This document shows positions 47,781-57,703 of a DNA stretch of 64,000 nt, in pieces; position 1 is the stretch's first letter; each line of letters starts with the position of its first letter. A model generated the notes under the pieces. That model worked only from the letters and a program-made list of their open reading frames with translations, was not told where the DNA came from and made no database searches. Origin of the DNA: an uncultured Candidatus Rokubacteria bacterium. GTDB taxonomy: Bacteria; Methylomirabilota; Methylomirabilia; Rokubacteriales; CSP1-6. Location of the stretch: contig CAVXJS010000011.1 in the NCBI GenBank assembly GCA_963762145.1, forward strand, positions 608,001 to 672,000, given 5' to 3'. A program made the position numbers and the translations under genes.

Positions 47781-48111
47781 ATGGGGACGGTCGAGGACGT
47801 ATTGCCCTGGATCTCTAGCCTGGATATGGGAGCGCTGTCGCGAGCGTCGCTGACCGGCACACTCGCCAAGCCCGCCGCCGCCGCGGCCGGCGCCTCGCCC
47901 GATGGAGGCGCGCGCGCAGGTCGGCACCTGCTCCCTCCGCCAGATCGTGAACGGCGCAGTGGCCGACGCGGAGGGCGACGCGATCCGGCGCGCGCTCATG
48001 GCCACCGTTGGCAACAAGAGCCAGGCCGCGCGGCTGCTCAGGACCAACTACACGACGCTGCACGCGAAGATGAAGCGCTACGGCATCTCCGCCGCGGAGT
48101 TCCAGGGGTAG
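47781..48111 (+). CDS. Stand-alone Fis-type HTH protein paralogous to the adjacent NtrC C-terminus (probable 1-nt indel, or start at 47902)
   Basis: GNKSQAARLLRTNYTTLHAKMKRYGISA versus NtrC GNKSQAARLLRTDYTTLHAKMKRYAISA. Confidence 0.75.
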
Positions 48112-48146
48112 GGGCGATCGCCGATGTCAATCTCTCGGGGGGGCTG

Positions 48147-50642
48147 GTGAGCGGCGTCGGGCAGGGCAACACGCGGCTCGCGCCCACGGCGCCGCGGTCC
48201 ACCGGGCCGGAGGCGGTGACGCCCGCGGTCTGGACCGGCGGACCGGGCCGGCTGTTGCTCGACGCGCTGCCCGCCATGACCGTGATCGTGGACCACCGGG
48301 GCGACATCGTGGCCGCCAACGAGGCCTGGCGGCGCTTCGGCCGCGAGAACGGCGCGCGGCCCGCGGTGGCCGAGGGGGTGGGCCAGAACTACTTCGAGAT
48401 CTGCCGCGACGTGGCGCCGGTCGGATGCCCGCCCGGCAAGCGGGCGGCCGCCGGCATCACCCGGGTGCTGCGGCGCGAGCTGCCGAGCTTCACGCTCGAC
48501 TACGCCTGCCACCGCCCGGACGCGCAGCGCTGGTTCATGCTGACCGTGACGTCGCTCGAGAGCGGCGCGGTGATCGCCCATACCGACATCACCGCCCGCC
48601 GACGCACCGAGATGTCGGCGGCCGCCCTGATCGAGACCGGCCGCGAGCTCGCGGGCGGCCTCGAGCCGGCGGAGGTGGCGCGGCAGATCGCGTCCTCCGT
48701 GGTGCGCGTGTTCGGCGCCCAGCACTCGACGCTCTACCGGCTCGAGCGCGAGGCGGGACGGCTCGTCTGCATCGCGGCGGCGGGGCTCGGTGACGAGGCG
48801 GAGTGGCGCGGCCAGGCCTTCCTGCCCGGGGAGGGCATCGTGGGTCGCGCGGTGGCGGAGGAGCGGAGCGTGTGGACGCCCGACGTGCTCGCGGATCAGA
48901 AGATCAACCTGCCCGCGTGGGCGGCCGACCGGATCCGCGCCGTCGGGTACCGCTCGGTGCTCGCGGTCCCGCTGAAGGCGGGCGATCGCGTGATCGGGGT
49001 GCTGAGCCTGGGCGACGTGGCCGGCCGGACCTATACGGAGGACGAGCTGGCGCTGCTGGCCGCCTTCGTGGGGCAGGGCGCGGTGGCGCTGGAGAACTCG
49101 GCGCTCTACCGCGAGATCCGCAACGCGCGCGACTTTCTCCAGTCCATCACCGAGAACTCCCCCGACGCGATCATCACCACCGACCGGGAGGGCCGCGTCA
49201 CCTACTTCAGCCGGGGCGCGGAGGCGATGTTCGGCTGCCGGGCGGAGGAGATGATCGGCACCTCGGTCGTGGACATGTATCCGGGCGGTCTCGAGGAGGC
49301 CCGCAGCGTGAAGCGGCGGGTGGACCAGGACGGCCTGCTGCGCAACTACGAGAGCGGCTTCGTGGCCCGGGACGGCCGTCGTGTCGAGATCAGCGCGTCC
49401 ATCTCGGTGCTCCGCGACGCGACCGGGACCGCGGTCGGCACGCTCGGCCTCCTCAAGGACATCGGGGAGCGGCGGCAGCTCGAGGAGCAGCTCCGCCAGT
49501 CCCAGAAGATGGACGCGATCGGCCGGCTCGCGGGCGGCATCGCGCACGACTTCAACAACCTGCTCACCGTCATCGCGGGGCGCGCCCAGATGATCCTGGG
49601 GCGCCTGCGCCCGGAGGAGCCGATCCACCGCGACGCCACGCTGGTGCGCACCACCGCGGACCGCGCGGCCGCGCTCACCCACCAGCTGCTGGCCTTCAGC
49701 CGCAAGCAGGTGCTGCAGCCGCAGGTGCTCGATCTGAACGCGGTGACGACCGCCATGGAGCCCATGCTGAGGCGGCTCATCGGCGAGGACATCGAGCTCG
49801 CGGTGGTGCCGGCGGCGGGTCTGGACTGCGTCCGGGCGGACCCCGGCCAGATCGAGCAGGTCATCGTCAACCTGGCGGTCAACGCCCGCGATGCGATGCC
49901 GCAGGGCGGGCGGCTCACCATCGAGACCGCGAACGTGGAGCTGGACGAGGCGTACGCGAAGCGGCACGTCTCCGTTCCCGCCGGCCAGTACGTGATGCTG
50001 GCGGTCAGCGACACCGGCTCGGGCATGGACGAGCAGACGTGCTCGCGGGTCTTCGAGCCGTTCTTCACCACCAAGGAGACCGGGAAGGGCACCGGCCTGG
50101 GGCTCGCCACCGTCTACGGCATCGTGAAGCAGAGCGGCGGCGACATCCGCCTCTACAGCGAGGTCGGCGTCGGGACCACCTTCAAGGTCTACCTGCCGCG
50201 AGTCGCCGAGAGGGTCTCAGCGTCCGAGCCGCCCGCCAGCGCGATCGTGCCCCGGGGAGACGAGACGGTGCTGCTGGTGGAGGACGAGCCGGAGGTGCGC
50301 GACCTGGCCCGGGAGATCCTCGAGGAGAACGGCTACACCGTGCTCCAGGCCTGCGACGCCCAGGAGGCCGTGCTCATGGCCGAGCGCCATGGGGGCCCGA
50401 TCGGGCTGCTCCTCACCGACGTCATCATGCCGCGCCAGAGCGGTCGCGCGCTCGTGGAGCGGCTGCGGCCGCTTCGCCCGGAGATGCAGGTCCTGTACAT
50501 GTCGGGGTACACCAACGAGGCCATCGTGCGGCACGGGGTGCTCGATCCCGACACCCTCTTCATCCAGAAGCCGTTCAGCCCGGCCGCCCTCGGACACAAG
50601 GTGCGGGCGGCCCTCGACGGCTCCCCCCGCTTTCTCTCCTGA
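48147..50642 (+). CDS. Cytoplasmic PAS-GAF-PAS hybrid histidine kinase (start approximate)
   Basis: PAS (ANEAWRRF), GAF, PAS, IAHDFNN, NARDAM, GTGLGL, REC LLVEDE...TDVIMP. Confidence 0.88.
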   Translation: MSGVGQGNTRLAPTAPRSTGPEAVTPAVWTGGPGRLLLDALPAMTVIVDHRGDIVAANEAWRRFGRENGARPAVAEGVGQNYFEICRDVAPVGCPPGKRAAAGITRVLRRELPSFTLDYACHRPDAQRWFMLTVTSLESGAVIAHTDITARRRTEMSAAALIETGRELAGGLEPAEVARQIASSVVRVFGAQHSTLYRLEREAGRLVCIAAAGLGDEAEWRGQAFLPGEGIVGRAVAEERSVWTPDVLADQKINLPAWAADRIRAVGYRSVLAVPLKAGDRVIGVLSLGDVAGRTYTEDELALLAAFVGQGAVALENSALYREIRNARDFLQSITENSPDAIITTDREGRVTYFSRGAEAMFGCRAEEMIGTSVVDMYPGGLEEARSVKRRVDQDGLLRNYESGFVARDGRRVEISASISVLRDATGTAVGTLGLLKDIGERRQLEEQLRQSQKMDAIGRLAGGIAHDFNNLLTVIAGRAQMILGRLRPEEPIHRDATLVRTTADRAAALTHQLLAFSRKQVLQPQVLDLNAVTTAMEPMLRRLIGEDIELAVVPAAGLDCVRADPGQIEQVIVNLAVNARDAMPQGGRLTIETANVELDEAYAKRHVSVPAGQYVMLAVSDTGSGMDEQTCSRVFEPFFTTKETGKGTGLGLATVYGIVKQSGGDIRLYSEVGVGTTFKVYLPRVAERVSASEPPASAIVPRGDETVLLVEDEPEVRDLAREILEENGYTVLQACDAQEAVLMAERHGGPIGLLLTDVIMPRQSGRALVERLRPLRPEMQVLYMSGYTNEAIVRHGVLDPDTLFIQKPFSPAALGHKVRAALDGSPRFLS

Positions 50643-50679
50643 GACTTCGGTTATGCGGGCGGCGTCGGCCGCCCGCCCT

Positions 50680-51642
50680 TTAGGGCCACCACAGATAGAG
50701 GAAGCGGGGCCCGCCGCCGCCGAGGGTGGCCGCGAACTGGGCCAGCGTGCTTTCCGCGGTGGACGGGGGCGGCGTCAGCGAGTAGATGTTGGCGCGGTAC
50801 TCCTTGGGGCGGTGGTACATGACGACCTTCGCCTCGTCCAGGCCGGCCCGCTCCTTCGCCAGCGCCACCACGTCCTCGAGATAGCCGATCCGATCCACCA
50901 GCCCCATCCGGAGCGCCTGGTCCGCGGTGTAGACGCGCCCGTCGGCGAAGCCACGCACCCGGTCCTCCGGCATCTTGCGCGACTGGGCGATCAGGCCGAC
51001 GAAGCGCCCGTACATGTCGTCGATGATGCCCTGGAACACCGCGCGCTCCGGCTCGGTGAGCGAGCGGAAGGGTGAGCCCGCGTCCTTCATCGGCCCCGAC
51101 TTGATGGCGAGCGGCGCGACCCCGATCTTCTCGAGGAGGCCCTGCGCGTTCACCGTGATCATCACCACCCCGATGCTCCCGGTGATGGTGGTCGGGTTGA
51201 CCACGATGGTGTCGGCGGCGAGCGCCGCGTAGTAGCCGCCCGAGGCACCCACGTCCATGATGGCCGCGATCACCGGGATCTTCTTGCGCGCCTTGAAGGT
51301 GAGCAGCTCGTGGTAGAGGATGTCGGACGCGGTGATGGTCCCGCCCGGGCTGTTGATCCGCACGATGAGCGCCTTCACGCGCTCGTCGCTCTCGGCCTTC
51401 TGCAGCTCCTCCCGCACCCGGGCCAGCAGCGGGACGCGTGGCGGCGGCGTGGTGATCGAGAAGCTGGTCACGTCCTCGGAGAGCACGCCGGACAGGTCCA
51501 GGAGCAGGATCTTGCTCGTCCCCTTGCCCTCCACCGTCTGCTCCTCGAGCGGGCGGATCCGGGGCTGGAAGTCGAGCGTGACGAGGGAGCAGCCGGACAA
51601 GGCGACCAGGGCGGTGAGCGCGAGCGTGACGAGCCGAAGCAT
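50680..51642 (-). CDS. sppA: Signal peptide peptidase SppA (short form)
   Basis: Motifs RINSPGG, ASGGYY, TGSIGV, KSGPMKD, DGRVYT. N-terminal LSGC lipobox. Confidence 0.92.
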   Translation of the reverse strand: MLRLVTLALTALVALSGCSLVTLDFQPRIRPLEEQTVEGKGTSKILLLDLSGVLSEDVTSFSITTPPPRVPLLARVREELQKAESDERVKALIVRINSPGGTITASDILYHELLTFKARKKIPVIAAIMDVGASGGYYAALAADTIVVNPTTITGSIGVVMITVNAQGLLEKIGVAPLAIKSGPMKDAGSPFRSLTEPERAVFQGIIDDMYGRFVGLIAQSRKMPEDRVRGFADGRVYTADQALRMGLVDRIGYLEDVVALAKERAGLDEAKVVMYHRPKEYRANIYSLTPPPSTAESTLAQFAATLGGGGPRFLYLWWP

Positions 51643-51683
51643 GGCTGCAGTATACGGCCGCGGCGGCCGCGACGAGCGGAAGC

Positions 51684-52619
51684 TCAGCGGCGGTGATACT
51701 CCGGGCAGACGCGCTCGGCCATGCGCGCGAGCTGGTCGAGCATGCGATCCGGGGGGCAGAGCGGGCGCAGGATGAACTTGGACGCGCCGGCCTTGACGTA
51801 TTCCTCGACCCGGTCCAGCAGCCGGTCCACCGGCCCGAAGGCGGTGCACCGCCGCATCGTCGCCTCGTCCACGCGGCCCCGCGGGATGTAGGGCTGGGCC
51901 ATGGCGAGCGCGGCCTCCTCGGTGTCCGCGATCGCGAAGTTGATCAGCGTGCCGAAGTGATCCTCGGGCACCTGCCGCCCGGCCGCCGCCGCGAGTTCCT
52001 GCACCTTGTGGACCCCCGCGCGCAGCTCCTCGGGCGTGATGAACGACGGGATCCAGCCGTCCCCGAGCCGGGCGGTGCGGCGCATGGCCGCCTCGCTCTT
52101 GCCGCCGATCCAGATGGGCGGCGGCGTCTGCCACGGCTTGGGGAAGACCGAGATGCGGTCGAGCTTGTAGAACTGTCCCTGCCAGGTCACCTCGTCCTGC
52201 GTCCACAGCAGACGCAGCACGTGGATGGCCTCGTCGGTGCGGCGCCCGCGCTCCGCGAACGGCACCCCGGAGGCTTCGAACTCGCGCGGCAGCTCGACGC
52301 CCACGCCGACCGCGGGGAAGAGGCGCCCCTGCGACAGCCAGTCCACCGTGGCCATCTCCTTGGCCGCGACGACCGGCGTGCGATAGGGCAGGACGACCAC
52401 GCTGGGCCCGAACTTGAGCCGGGTGGTGCGCGCGGCGATGGCGGCGAGCGTCGTCATCACCTCGGGGACGGGAACCGGGGACGAGAGGCGATCGGAGAGC
52501 CAGATCGAGTCCACGTCGCTCCGCTCCAGCTGATCGCAGAGCGTCCACAGGAAGGCGGCGCCCTCGCGGCCGGGCGGCCACGGGCCCGGCATGATGCCGA
52601 TCCGGTACTTGAGCGCCAT
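51684..52619 (-). CDS. LLM-class flavin-dependent oxidoreductase
   Basis: Motifs SIWLSD, VVLPYRTP, PPIWIGG, GDGWIP. Confidence 0.88.
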   Translation of the reverse strand: MALKYRIGIMPGPWPPGREGAAFLWTLCDQLERSDVDSIWLSDRLSSPVPVPEVMTTLAAIAARTTRLKFGPSVVVLPYRTPVVAAKEMATVDWLSQGRLFPAVGVGVELPREFEASGVPFAERGRRTDEAIHVLRLLWTQDEVTWQGQFYKLDRISVFPKPWQTPPPIWIGGKSEAAMRRTARLGDGWIPSFITPEELRAGVHKVQELAAAAGRQVPEDHFGTLINFAIADTEEAALAMAQPYIPRGRVDEATMRRCTAFGPVDRLLDRVEEYVKAGASKFILRPLCPPDRMLDQLARMAERVCPEYHRR

Positions 52620-52708
52620 CCCGCGGCATCGTACGCGCCGGTCCCCGGGCCCGTCAAGGCGCGCGCCGAAAGTTGACAGAAAAGCCCCCGAGGCGTCAGG
52701 GTGATTGA

Positions 52709-53350
52709 ATGAGCGGTCACGATCGGCGGGCGTTTCCGAGAGCGACGGCGGCCTGGTCGGCCACGGTCGAGACGGGCGAGGGGCGCGTGGTGTCGGGCGA
52801 GGTCGTCAACCTGAGCCTGTCGGGGATGAAGGTGCGGTCGGGGTGTGATGCGGTGGTGGGCAGCATCGTGACGGTGCGGGTCACGCTGCCGGGCGCGGCG
52901 GGCCGGATGGAGATGGTGGGGACCGTGGTGCGGCGGGATGCGGAGAGCATCGGGGTGGCGTTTCTCAAGAAGTCGGACTCGCCCGCCGGCCGCCTCACGT
53001 CGTTCGTCTCCCGCGGGGACACCCGCCGGCGGTTTCCCCGCGTGCTCGTCTCCCTCCCGATCCGCGTCGAGGGCGGCTCGGAGGGCACCGCGCTGGGGCA
53101 CACCGTCGACCTGAGCGCGTCCGGCGGGCGCGTGACCACCGACACCCCGCTGGTGGAGGGCGACGTGGTGGTGCTCGAGTTGCCGGAGCGCTCGGGCCTC
53201 GACCGCCTGCGGCTCCCCGCGCTCGTCTGGGAGTCGTACGGGGATGGCGCGGTGCTCGTATTCGCGAACGTGGGGGCGAAGGAGTTCACACGCCTGCAGG
53301 AGTACCTCGCGAGCTGCCAGCCGCGCGGCTCGCGGCCAAGTTCCGTTTGA
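52709..53350 (+). CDS. Tandem PilZ-domain protein
   Basis: Two RxxxR + (D/N)xSxxG pairs: RRAFPR/NLSLSG and RRRFPR/DLSASG. Confidence 0.85.
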   Translation: MSGHDRRAFPRATAAWSATVETGEGRVVSGEVVNLSLSGMKVRSGCDAVVGSIVTVRVTLPGAAGRMEMVGTVVRRDAESIGVAFLKKSDSPAGRLTSFVSRGDTRRRFPRVLVSLPIRVEGGSEGTALGHTVDLSASGGRVTTDTPLVEGDVVVLELPERSGLDRLRLPALVWESYGDGAVLVFANVGAKEFTRLQEYLASCQPRGSRPSSV

Positions 53351-53388
53351 CAGCCCCGGGAGCGCCGCATAGAATGAACGGCGGTTCA
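53347..53388 (+). promoter_or_regulatory. Sigma70 promoter with an overlapping palindromic operator
   Basis: TTGACA-17-TAGAAT; TGAAC-GGCG-GTTCA palindrome at 53375-53388. Confidence 0.7.
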
Positions 53389-53397
53389 CCTCCTGCC

Positions 53398-53979
53398 ATG
53401 CGCGATCCTGACAAGCCCCAGCAGATCATCGAGGCCGCGGTTCGGGTCTTCGCGCGGAAGGGCTACTTCAACTCGCGGGTCTCGGACGTCGCGCGCGAGG
53501 CGGGGATCGCGGCCGGCACCATCTATCTCTACTTCAAGACCAAGGAAGACATCCTCATCACGCTCTTCCGCGAGAAGATGTCGGTCTTCGTCGCGTCCCT
53601 GCGGCGTGCGATCGCGGACGAGCCGGACGCGGTGGCCAAGGTCCGGCGGCTCGTCCACCTGCATTTCGAGATGCTCGAGGGCGATCCCGATCTCGCCGAG
53701 GTGGTGCAGGTCGAGCTCCGCCAGGGCCAGAAGTTCTTTCGCGGCGCCTCGAGCCAGGAGATCGCCGCGTACTTCGCGCTGATCGGCTCGGTGCTCGAGG
53801 AGGGCGTGGGACAGGGACACTTCAAGTCCGACCTGCCCGTCAAGGTCGCCACCAAGATGCTGTTCGGCGCCATGGACCAGATGGCCACGTCCTGGGTGCT
53901 GGGCAAGCGGGGCTACCGGCTCGTGGACACCGCGCCCGCGGTGGCCGATCTGTTCCTGCAGGGCGTGGCCCGCCGCTAG
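53398..53979 (+). CDS. TetR-family regulator (FadR/YsiA-like)
   Basis: AAVRVFARKGY...VAREAGIAAGTIYLYFKTKEDIL; C-terminal VELRQ. Confidence 0.9.
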   Translation: MRDPDKPQQIIEAAVRVFARKGYFNSRVSDVAREAGIAAGTIYLYFKTKEDILITLFREKMSVFVASLRRAIADEPDAVAKVRRLVHLHFEMLEGDPDLAEVVQVELRQGQKFFRGASSQEIAAYFALIGSVLEEGVGQGHFKSDLPVKVATKMLFGAMDQMATSWVLGKRGYRLVDTAPAVADLFLQGVARR

Positions 53980-54005
53980 TTCTCCGCCGAGAGGAGATTC
54001 GCCCG

Positions 54006-54779
54006 ATGGCGTACGAGACCCTGATCCTGACCCGCGAGGAGCGCTTCGCGATCATCACCCTCAACCGGCCGCCCGCCAACGCGATCAGCGAGGCGCTCAT
54101 GCGCGAGCTGAACGCGGCTCTCGCCGAGCTGGAAGGCGACGACGGCGTGCGGGCGGTGATCATCACCGGCGCGGGAGACAAGATCTTCTGCGCGGGCGCG
54201 GACCTCGGCTCGGCCTTCCAGGGCGCCGACGTCGGTACCTTCATCCGCTTCGGTAACAGCGTGGTCCGCCGCATCGAGCGCTTCCCGAAGCCGGTGGTCG
54301 CGGCGATCAACGGGCACGCGCTGGGCGGCGGCTGTGAGATCGCGATGGGCTGCCACATTCGCATCCTGAAGGAGACCGCGCGGATGGGGCAGACCGAGTC
54401 CAACCTCGGCATCACGCCCGGCTTCGGCGGCACCCAGCGCTACCCCCGTCTGATGGGCCGCGGCCTGGCCCTCGAGCACCTGATCCTCGGCACCCAGGTC
54501 TCGGCCCAGGAGTGCTACCGCACCGGGCTGGTGAACCGGCTCGCGAAGGAGGGGGAGACGCTCAACGACGCGAAGGCGATGGCCCGCGAGCTGGGCAAGC
54601 GGCCGCCGGTCGCCACCCGGCTCATCATCGAGGCGGTGGACGACGGGCTGCACGCGCCGATCGATACCGCGATCGAGATCGAGGTGCGCGCGTTCCTGCA
54701 GACCCTCCGCACCGAGGACGCGGCCGAGGGGATCCAGGCCTTCTTCCAGAAACGCCCGGCCGACTTCAAGGGTCGCTAG
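54006..54779 (+). CDS. Enoyl-CoA hydratase (crotonase)
   Basis: Motifs LNRPPANAI, FCAGADL, LGGGCE, QTESNLG-x-PGFGGTQR. Confidence 0.92.
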   Translation: MAYETLILTREERFAIITLNRPPANAISEALMRELNAALAELEGDDGVRAVIITGAGDKIFCAGADLGSAFQGADVGTFIRFGNSVVRRIERFPKPVVAAINGHALGGGCEIAMGCHIRILKETARMGQTESNLGITPGFGGTQRYPRLMGRGLALEHLILGTQVSAQECYRTGLVNRLAKEGETLNDAKAMARELGKRPPVATRLIIEAVDDGLHAPIDTAIEIEVRAFLQTLRTEDAAEGIQAFFQKRPADFKGR

Positions 54780-54781
54780 GC

Positions 54782-55531
54782 GTGGATCTCGGCATCGCGG
54801 GCAAGACCGCGCTCGTCACCGGCGGGGCGCGGAGCCTCGGCAAGCAGGACTGCCTGACCCTCGCGGCGGAGGGCTGCCGGATCATCGTGCTGGATCTCAA
54901 CGGGGAGGGCGCCGCCGAGGCGGCCCGGGAGATCACCGACGCGGGCGGCACCGCCCGCGGCTACGCGGCCGACATCACCGAGCGGGCGGTCCTGACCGAG
55001 GTGCTGCGCCGCGCGGAGGCCGAGGTGGGGCCGATCGACATCTGCGTGAACAACGCGGGTTGGATCTACACGATGGGCCAGCTCAAGGACACCGCGGACG
55101 ACGACTGGGACCTCAACCTGCGCATCAACCTGACCGGCACCTTCAACGTCACCAAGGCGGTGTTCCCCGGGATGCGCGAGCGGCGGTGGGGCCGCGTGAT
55201 CTGCATGGCCTCGATCGCCGGCCTGATGGGCGGCTTCGGCCAGGCGGCCTACGCCACGAGCAAGATGGGGGTGATCGGCTTCGCGCGGTCGGTGGCGCTC
55301 GAGGGGGCGCGGTACAATGTCACGTCCAACGTGATCGCGCCCGGGATCGTGGGGCCGAACGCGAATCTGTCGCCACTGTACGAGCGCATGGTGAAGCGGG
55401 TCGCCATGCAGCGGGAGGGGCAGCCCGAGGACATCGCCAGCGCGATCGCGTTCCTGTGCTCGGAGCGCGCGCGCTACATCACGGGGGCCGTGCTCACCGT
55501 CACCGGGGGCATGGACCTCTTCACGTTCTAA
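54782..55531 (+). CDS. SDR (FabG/PhaB-like 3-oxoacyl reductase)
   Basis: Motifs TGGARSLG, VNNAG, GGFGQAAYATSK, IAPG. Confidence 0.88.
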   Translation: MDLGIAGKTALVTGGARSLGKQDCLTLAAEGCRIIVLDLNGEGAAEAAREITDAGGTARGYAADITERAVLTEVLRRAEAEVGPIDICVNNAGWIYTMGQLKDTADDDWDLNLRINLTGTFNVTKAVFPGMRERRWGRVICMASIAGLMGGFGQAAYATSKMGVIGFARSVALEGARYNVTSNVIAPGIVGPNANLSPLYERMVKRVAMQREGQPEDIASAIAFLCSERARYITGAVLTVTGGMDLFTF

Positions 55532-55564
55532 ACGTCGAGCTTCGAGAGGAGAAGGAGACGCGAC

Positions 55565-55885
55565 ATGCCGACCGTCAAGGAGACCTTCGACAACATGGCT
55601 TCCCGCTTCCGCGCCGAGAAGGCCGCCGGGGTGAACGCCACCATCCAGTACGACATCACCGGGGACCAGGGCGGGACGTGGAACGCGGTCATCAAGGACG
55701 GCGCCTGCAACGTCAGCCAGGGCGCGGCCTCGAGCCCGAACCTCACGCTCACGATGTCCTCGCAGGACTGGCTCGACATGACGGGGGGCAAGCTGTCCGG
55801 GCAGATGGCTTTCATGTCCGGCAAGCTCAAGCTCAAGGGGGACATGGGGCTCGCCATGAAGGTGGGGAGCCTGTTCCAGGTATAA
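55565..55885 (+). CDS. SCP2 sterol/acyl-CoA-binding domain protein
   Basis: IQYDITG, AFMSGKLKLKGDMGLAMK. Confidence 0.9.
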   Translation: MPTVKETFDNMASRFRAEKAAGVNATIQYDITGDQGGTWNAVIKDGACNVSQGAASSPNLTLTMSSQDWLDMTGGKLSGQMAFMSGKLKLKGDMGLAMKVGSLFQV

Positions 55886-55895
55886 GTTCCATCGA

Positions 55896-55998
55896 AGGGG
55901 GCCCCTTCTGAAGTTTGAAAAAGGGGGCCCCCTCCGAGCCTCCCCCAGAAGCCTAGGATTGCGCCGGCGGAGCCGGCGCTCGAAAAGGAGCACTCTCC
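55896..55998. repeat. Multi-hairpin REP-like element
   Basis: AGGGGGCCCC...GGGGCCCCCT; CTCCCCCA; GCGCCGGC-GGA-GCCGGCGC; GGAG-CACT-CTCC. Confidence 0.6.
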
Positions 55999-56005
55999 GC
56001 AGAGG

Positions 56006-56034
56006 TTGACGCGTAGCGTCACGGAGCGTAGGAT
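56006..56034 (+). promoter_or_regulatory. phaC promoter with a TGACGC-N3-GCGTCA palindrome
   Basis: TTGACG-17-TAGGAT with the ATG 6 nt after the -10. Palindrome at 56007-56021. Confidence 0.68.
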
Positions 56035-56040
56035 GAAGGC

Positions 56041-57141
56041 ATGAAAGACGAGCTCTTCACGATGATGGGAGAGATGCCGGCGATGTCGCCGGAGATGCTG
56101 GCCCGGATGCGGGAGGAGGCCAACCGCAATCTCCTGCGCATGAAGCACTTCGGCGAGATGGTGATGAACCCCAAGGAGCCGAAGGTCGGGCCCACGCCGC
56201 GGCAGGAGATCTTCCGCACCAACAAGTCGAGGCTCTGGCGGTACGAGTCCCGGCGCACGATCCGGACCCCGCTGCTCTTCGTGCCCAACCTCGGCATCAG
56301 CCGGCCCTACATCTTCGACCTCATGCCGAAGGGGTCGTTCGTCGAGTACATGACGCAGCAGGGATTCGACTTCTATCTGGTGGACTGGGGAGTGTTCGGC
56401 GAGGAGGACAACGGGCTCACCGTCGAGGACGCGGTGACCAAGATCCTTCCCCGGCTGGCCCGCAAGGCGCTCGAGTCCTCCGGCGCCTCCGAGATGTCGG
56501 TCCTCGGCTACTGCATGGGCGCGCCGCTGTCGGCCAGCTTCGTGGCCACGCACCCCGAGTTCCCCCTCAAGAACTACATCGACATGGCGGGTCCGATCGA
56601 CTTCGCGCACGTCGGGCTCTTCGGCAAGTGGCTCGATCCGCGCTACTTCGACGTGGACAAGTACGTCGACACCCTGGGCAGCATCCCGGCCGAGATGGTC
56701 AAGATGGGCTTCAAGCTGCTCAAGCCCACGATGGACACCAGCACGAACCTGAACCTCTGGTGGAACCTCTGGAACCCGGACTACGTCTCGGGCTTCAACG
56801 CGCTCAACAAGTGGGCCAACGAGTACCTCCCGTTCCCGGGCGAGTTCTTCCGCCAGTGGGTGCGGGACTTCTACCAGCAGAACAAGCTGATCAAGGGCGA
56901 GCTCATGATGGCCGGCCGGCGCGTGGACCTGCGCGAGATCCGGTGCCCGGTGCTCGCGGTCGGGGCCAAGGAGGACAACATCGCGCCGCCCGCGTGCGTG
57001 AAGCCGCTGATGGACGTGGTGAGCACGCACGACAAGGAATACGTGGAGCTGCCCGGTGGGCACATCTCGCTGATCGCCGGACGCGGCGCCTCGGTGCATT
57101 GCTGGCCGAAGGTGGCGTCCTGGCTGGCCGCGCGCTCCTAG
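56041..57141 (+). CDS. phaC: Class III-type PHA synthase subunit PhaC
   Basis: 366 aa; PYIFDL, VDWG, lipase-box GYCMG, KEDNIAP (Asp), GGHI (His). Confidence 0.88.
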   Translation: MKDELFTMMGEMPAMSPEMLARMREEANRNLLRMKHFGEMVMNPKEPKVGPTPRQEIFRTNKSRLWRYESRRTIRTPLLFVPNLGISRPYIFDLMPKGSFVEYMTQQGFDFYLVDWGVFGEEDNGLTVEDAVTKILPRLARKALESSGASEMSVLGYCMGAPLSASFVATHPEFPLKNYIDMAGPIDFAHVGLFGKWLDPRYFDVDKYVDTLGSIPAEMVKMGFKLLKPTMDTSTNLNLWWNLWNPDYVSGFNALNKWANEYLPFPGEFFRQWVRDFYQQNKLIKGELMMAGRRVDLREIRCPVLAVGAKEDNIAPPACVKPLMDVVSTHDKEYVELPGGHISLIAGRGASVHCWPKVASWLAARS

Positions 57142-57163
57142 GGCGCGGCCGAGGAGCGTCGTC

Positions 57164-57703
57164 ATGGCCGACAACCCCAATCAACAGCTGCTCGACATGT
57201 GGAAGCGCCAGGTGGAGGAGGGCACCCAGGCCTGGCTGCGCATGATGGGGCAGGCCCAGGCGGCCGCGCCCGGCCCCGCGATGGACCCGCAGGCCTTCTG
57301 GCGGCCGTTCATGGACCAGGGCATGGCCGCCTGGTCGAAGGTCATGACGCAGGGGACGGCGCCCTCGCCGGACCTGATGACGCAGTGGAAGCAGTTCCTC
57401 GACCAATGGATCGCGGCGTGGTCCCGCGTGCTCGAGCAGGCGATGGGCACCGACAACTTCGCTCAGCTCATGGGCAAGCAGCTCGAGACCTTCCTCAACG
57501 TCTCGGCTCCGATCAAGAAGGCGGCCGAGCAGCAGATCGACGCCTCGCTCGCCGGGCTCGGCATTCCCTCGCGCGGGCAGGTCACCGCGCTGGCGCGACA
57601 CGTGGCGCAGGTCGAGGAGAAGATCGACGCGCTCGAGGACAAGGTCGACCGCGTCCTCCGGCGCCTCGACGCGGGCGCGTCGCCCCGGACGGAGCGGGCA
57701 TGA
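57164..57703 (+). CDS. phaE: PhaE-like PHA synthase subunit (short, class IV PhaR-like length)
   Basis: Directly after phaC; Trp-rich helices; LGIPSR...VEEKIDALE coiled coil. Confidence 0.65.
   Translation: MADNPNQQLLDMWKRQVEEGTQAWLRMMGQAQAAAPGPAMDPQAFWRPFMDQGMAAWSKVMTQGTAPSPDLMTQWKQFLDQWIAAWSRVLEQAMGTDNFAQLMGKQLETFLNVSAPIKKAAEQQIDASLAGLGIPSRGQVTALARHVAQVEEKIDALEDKVDRVLRRLDAGASPRTERA

Noticed and set aside
47655-48146. N-terminal extension of the 995-aa kinase ORF
   Set aside because: It overlaps the sigma54 promoter and the Fis-HTH gene in another frame and is low-complexity. The kinase probably starts near 48147.
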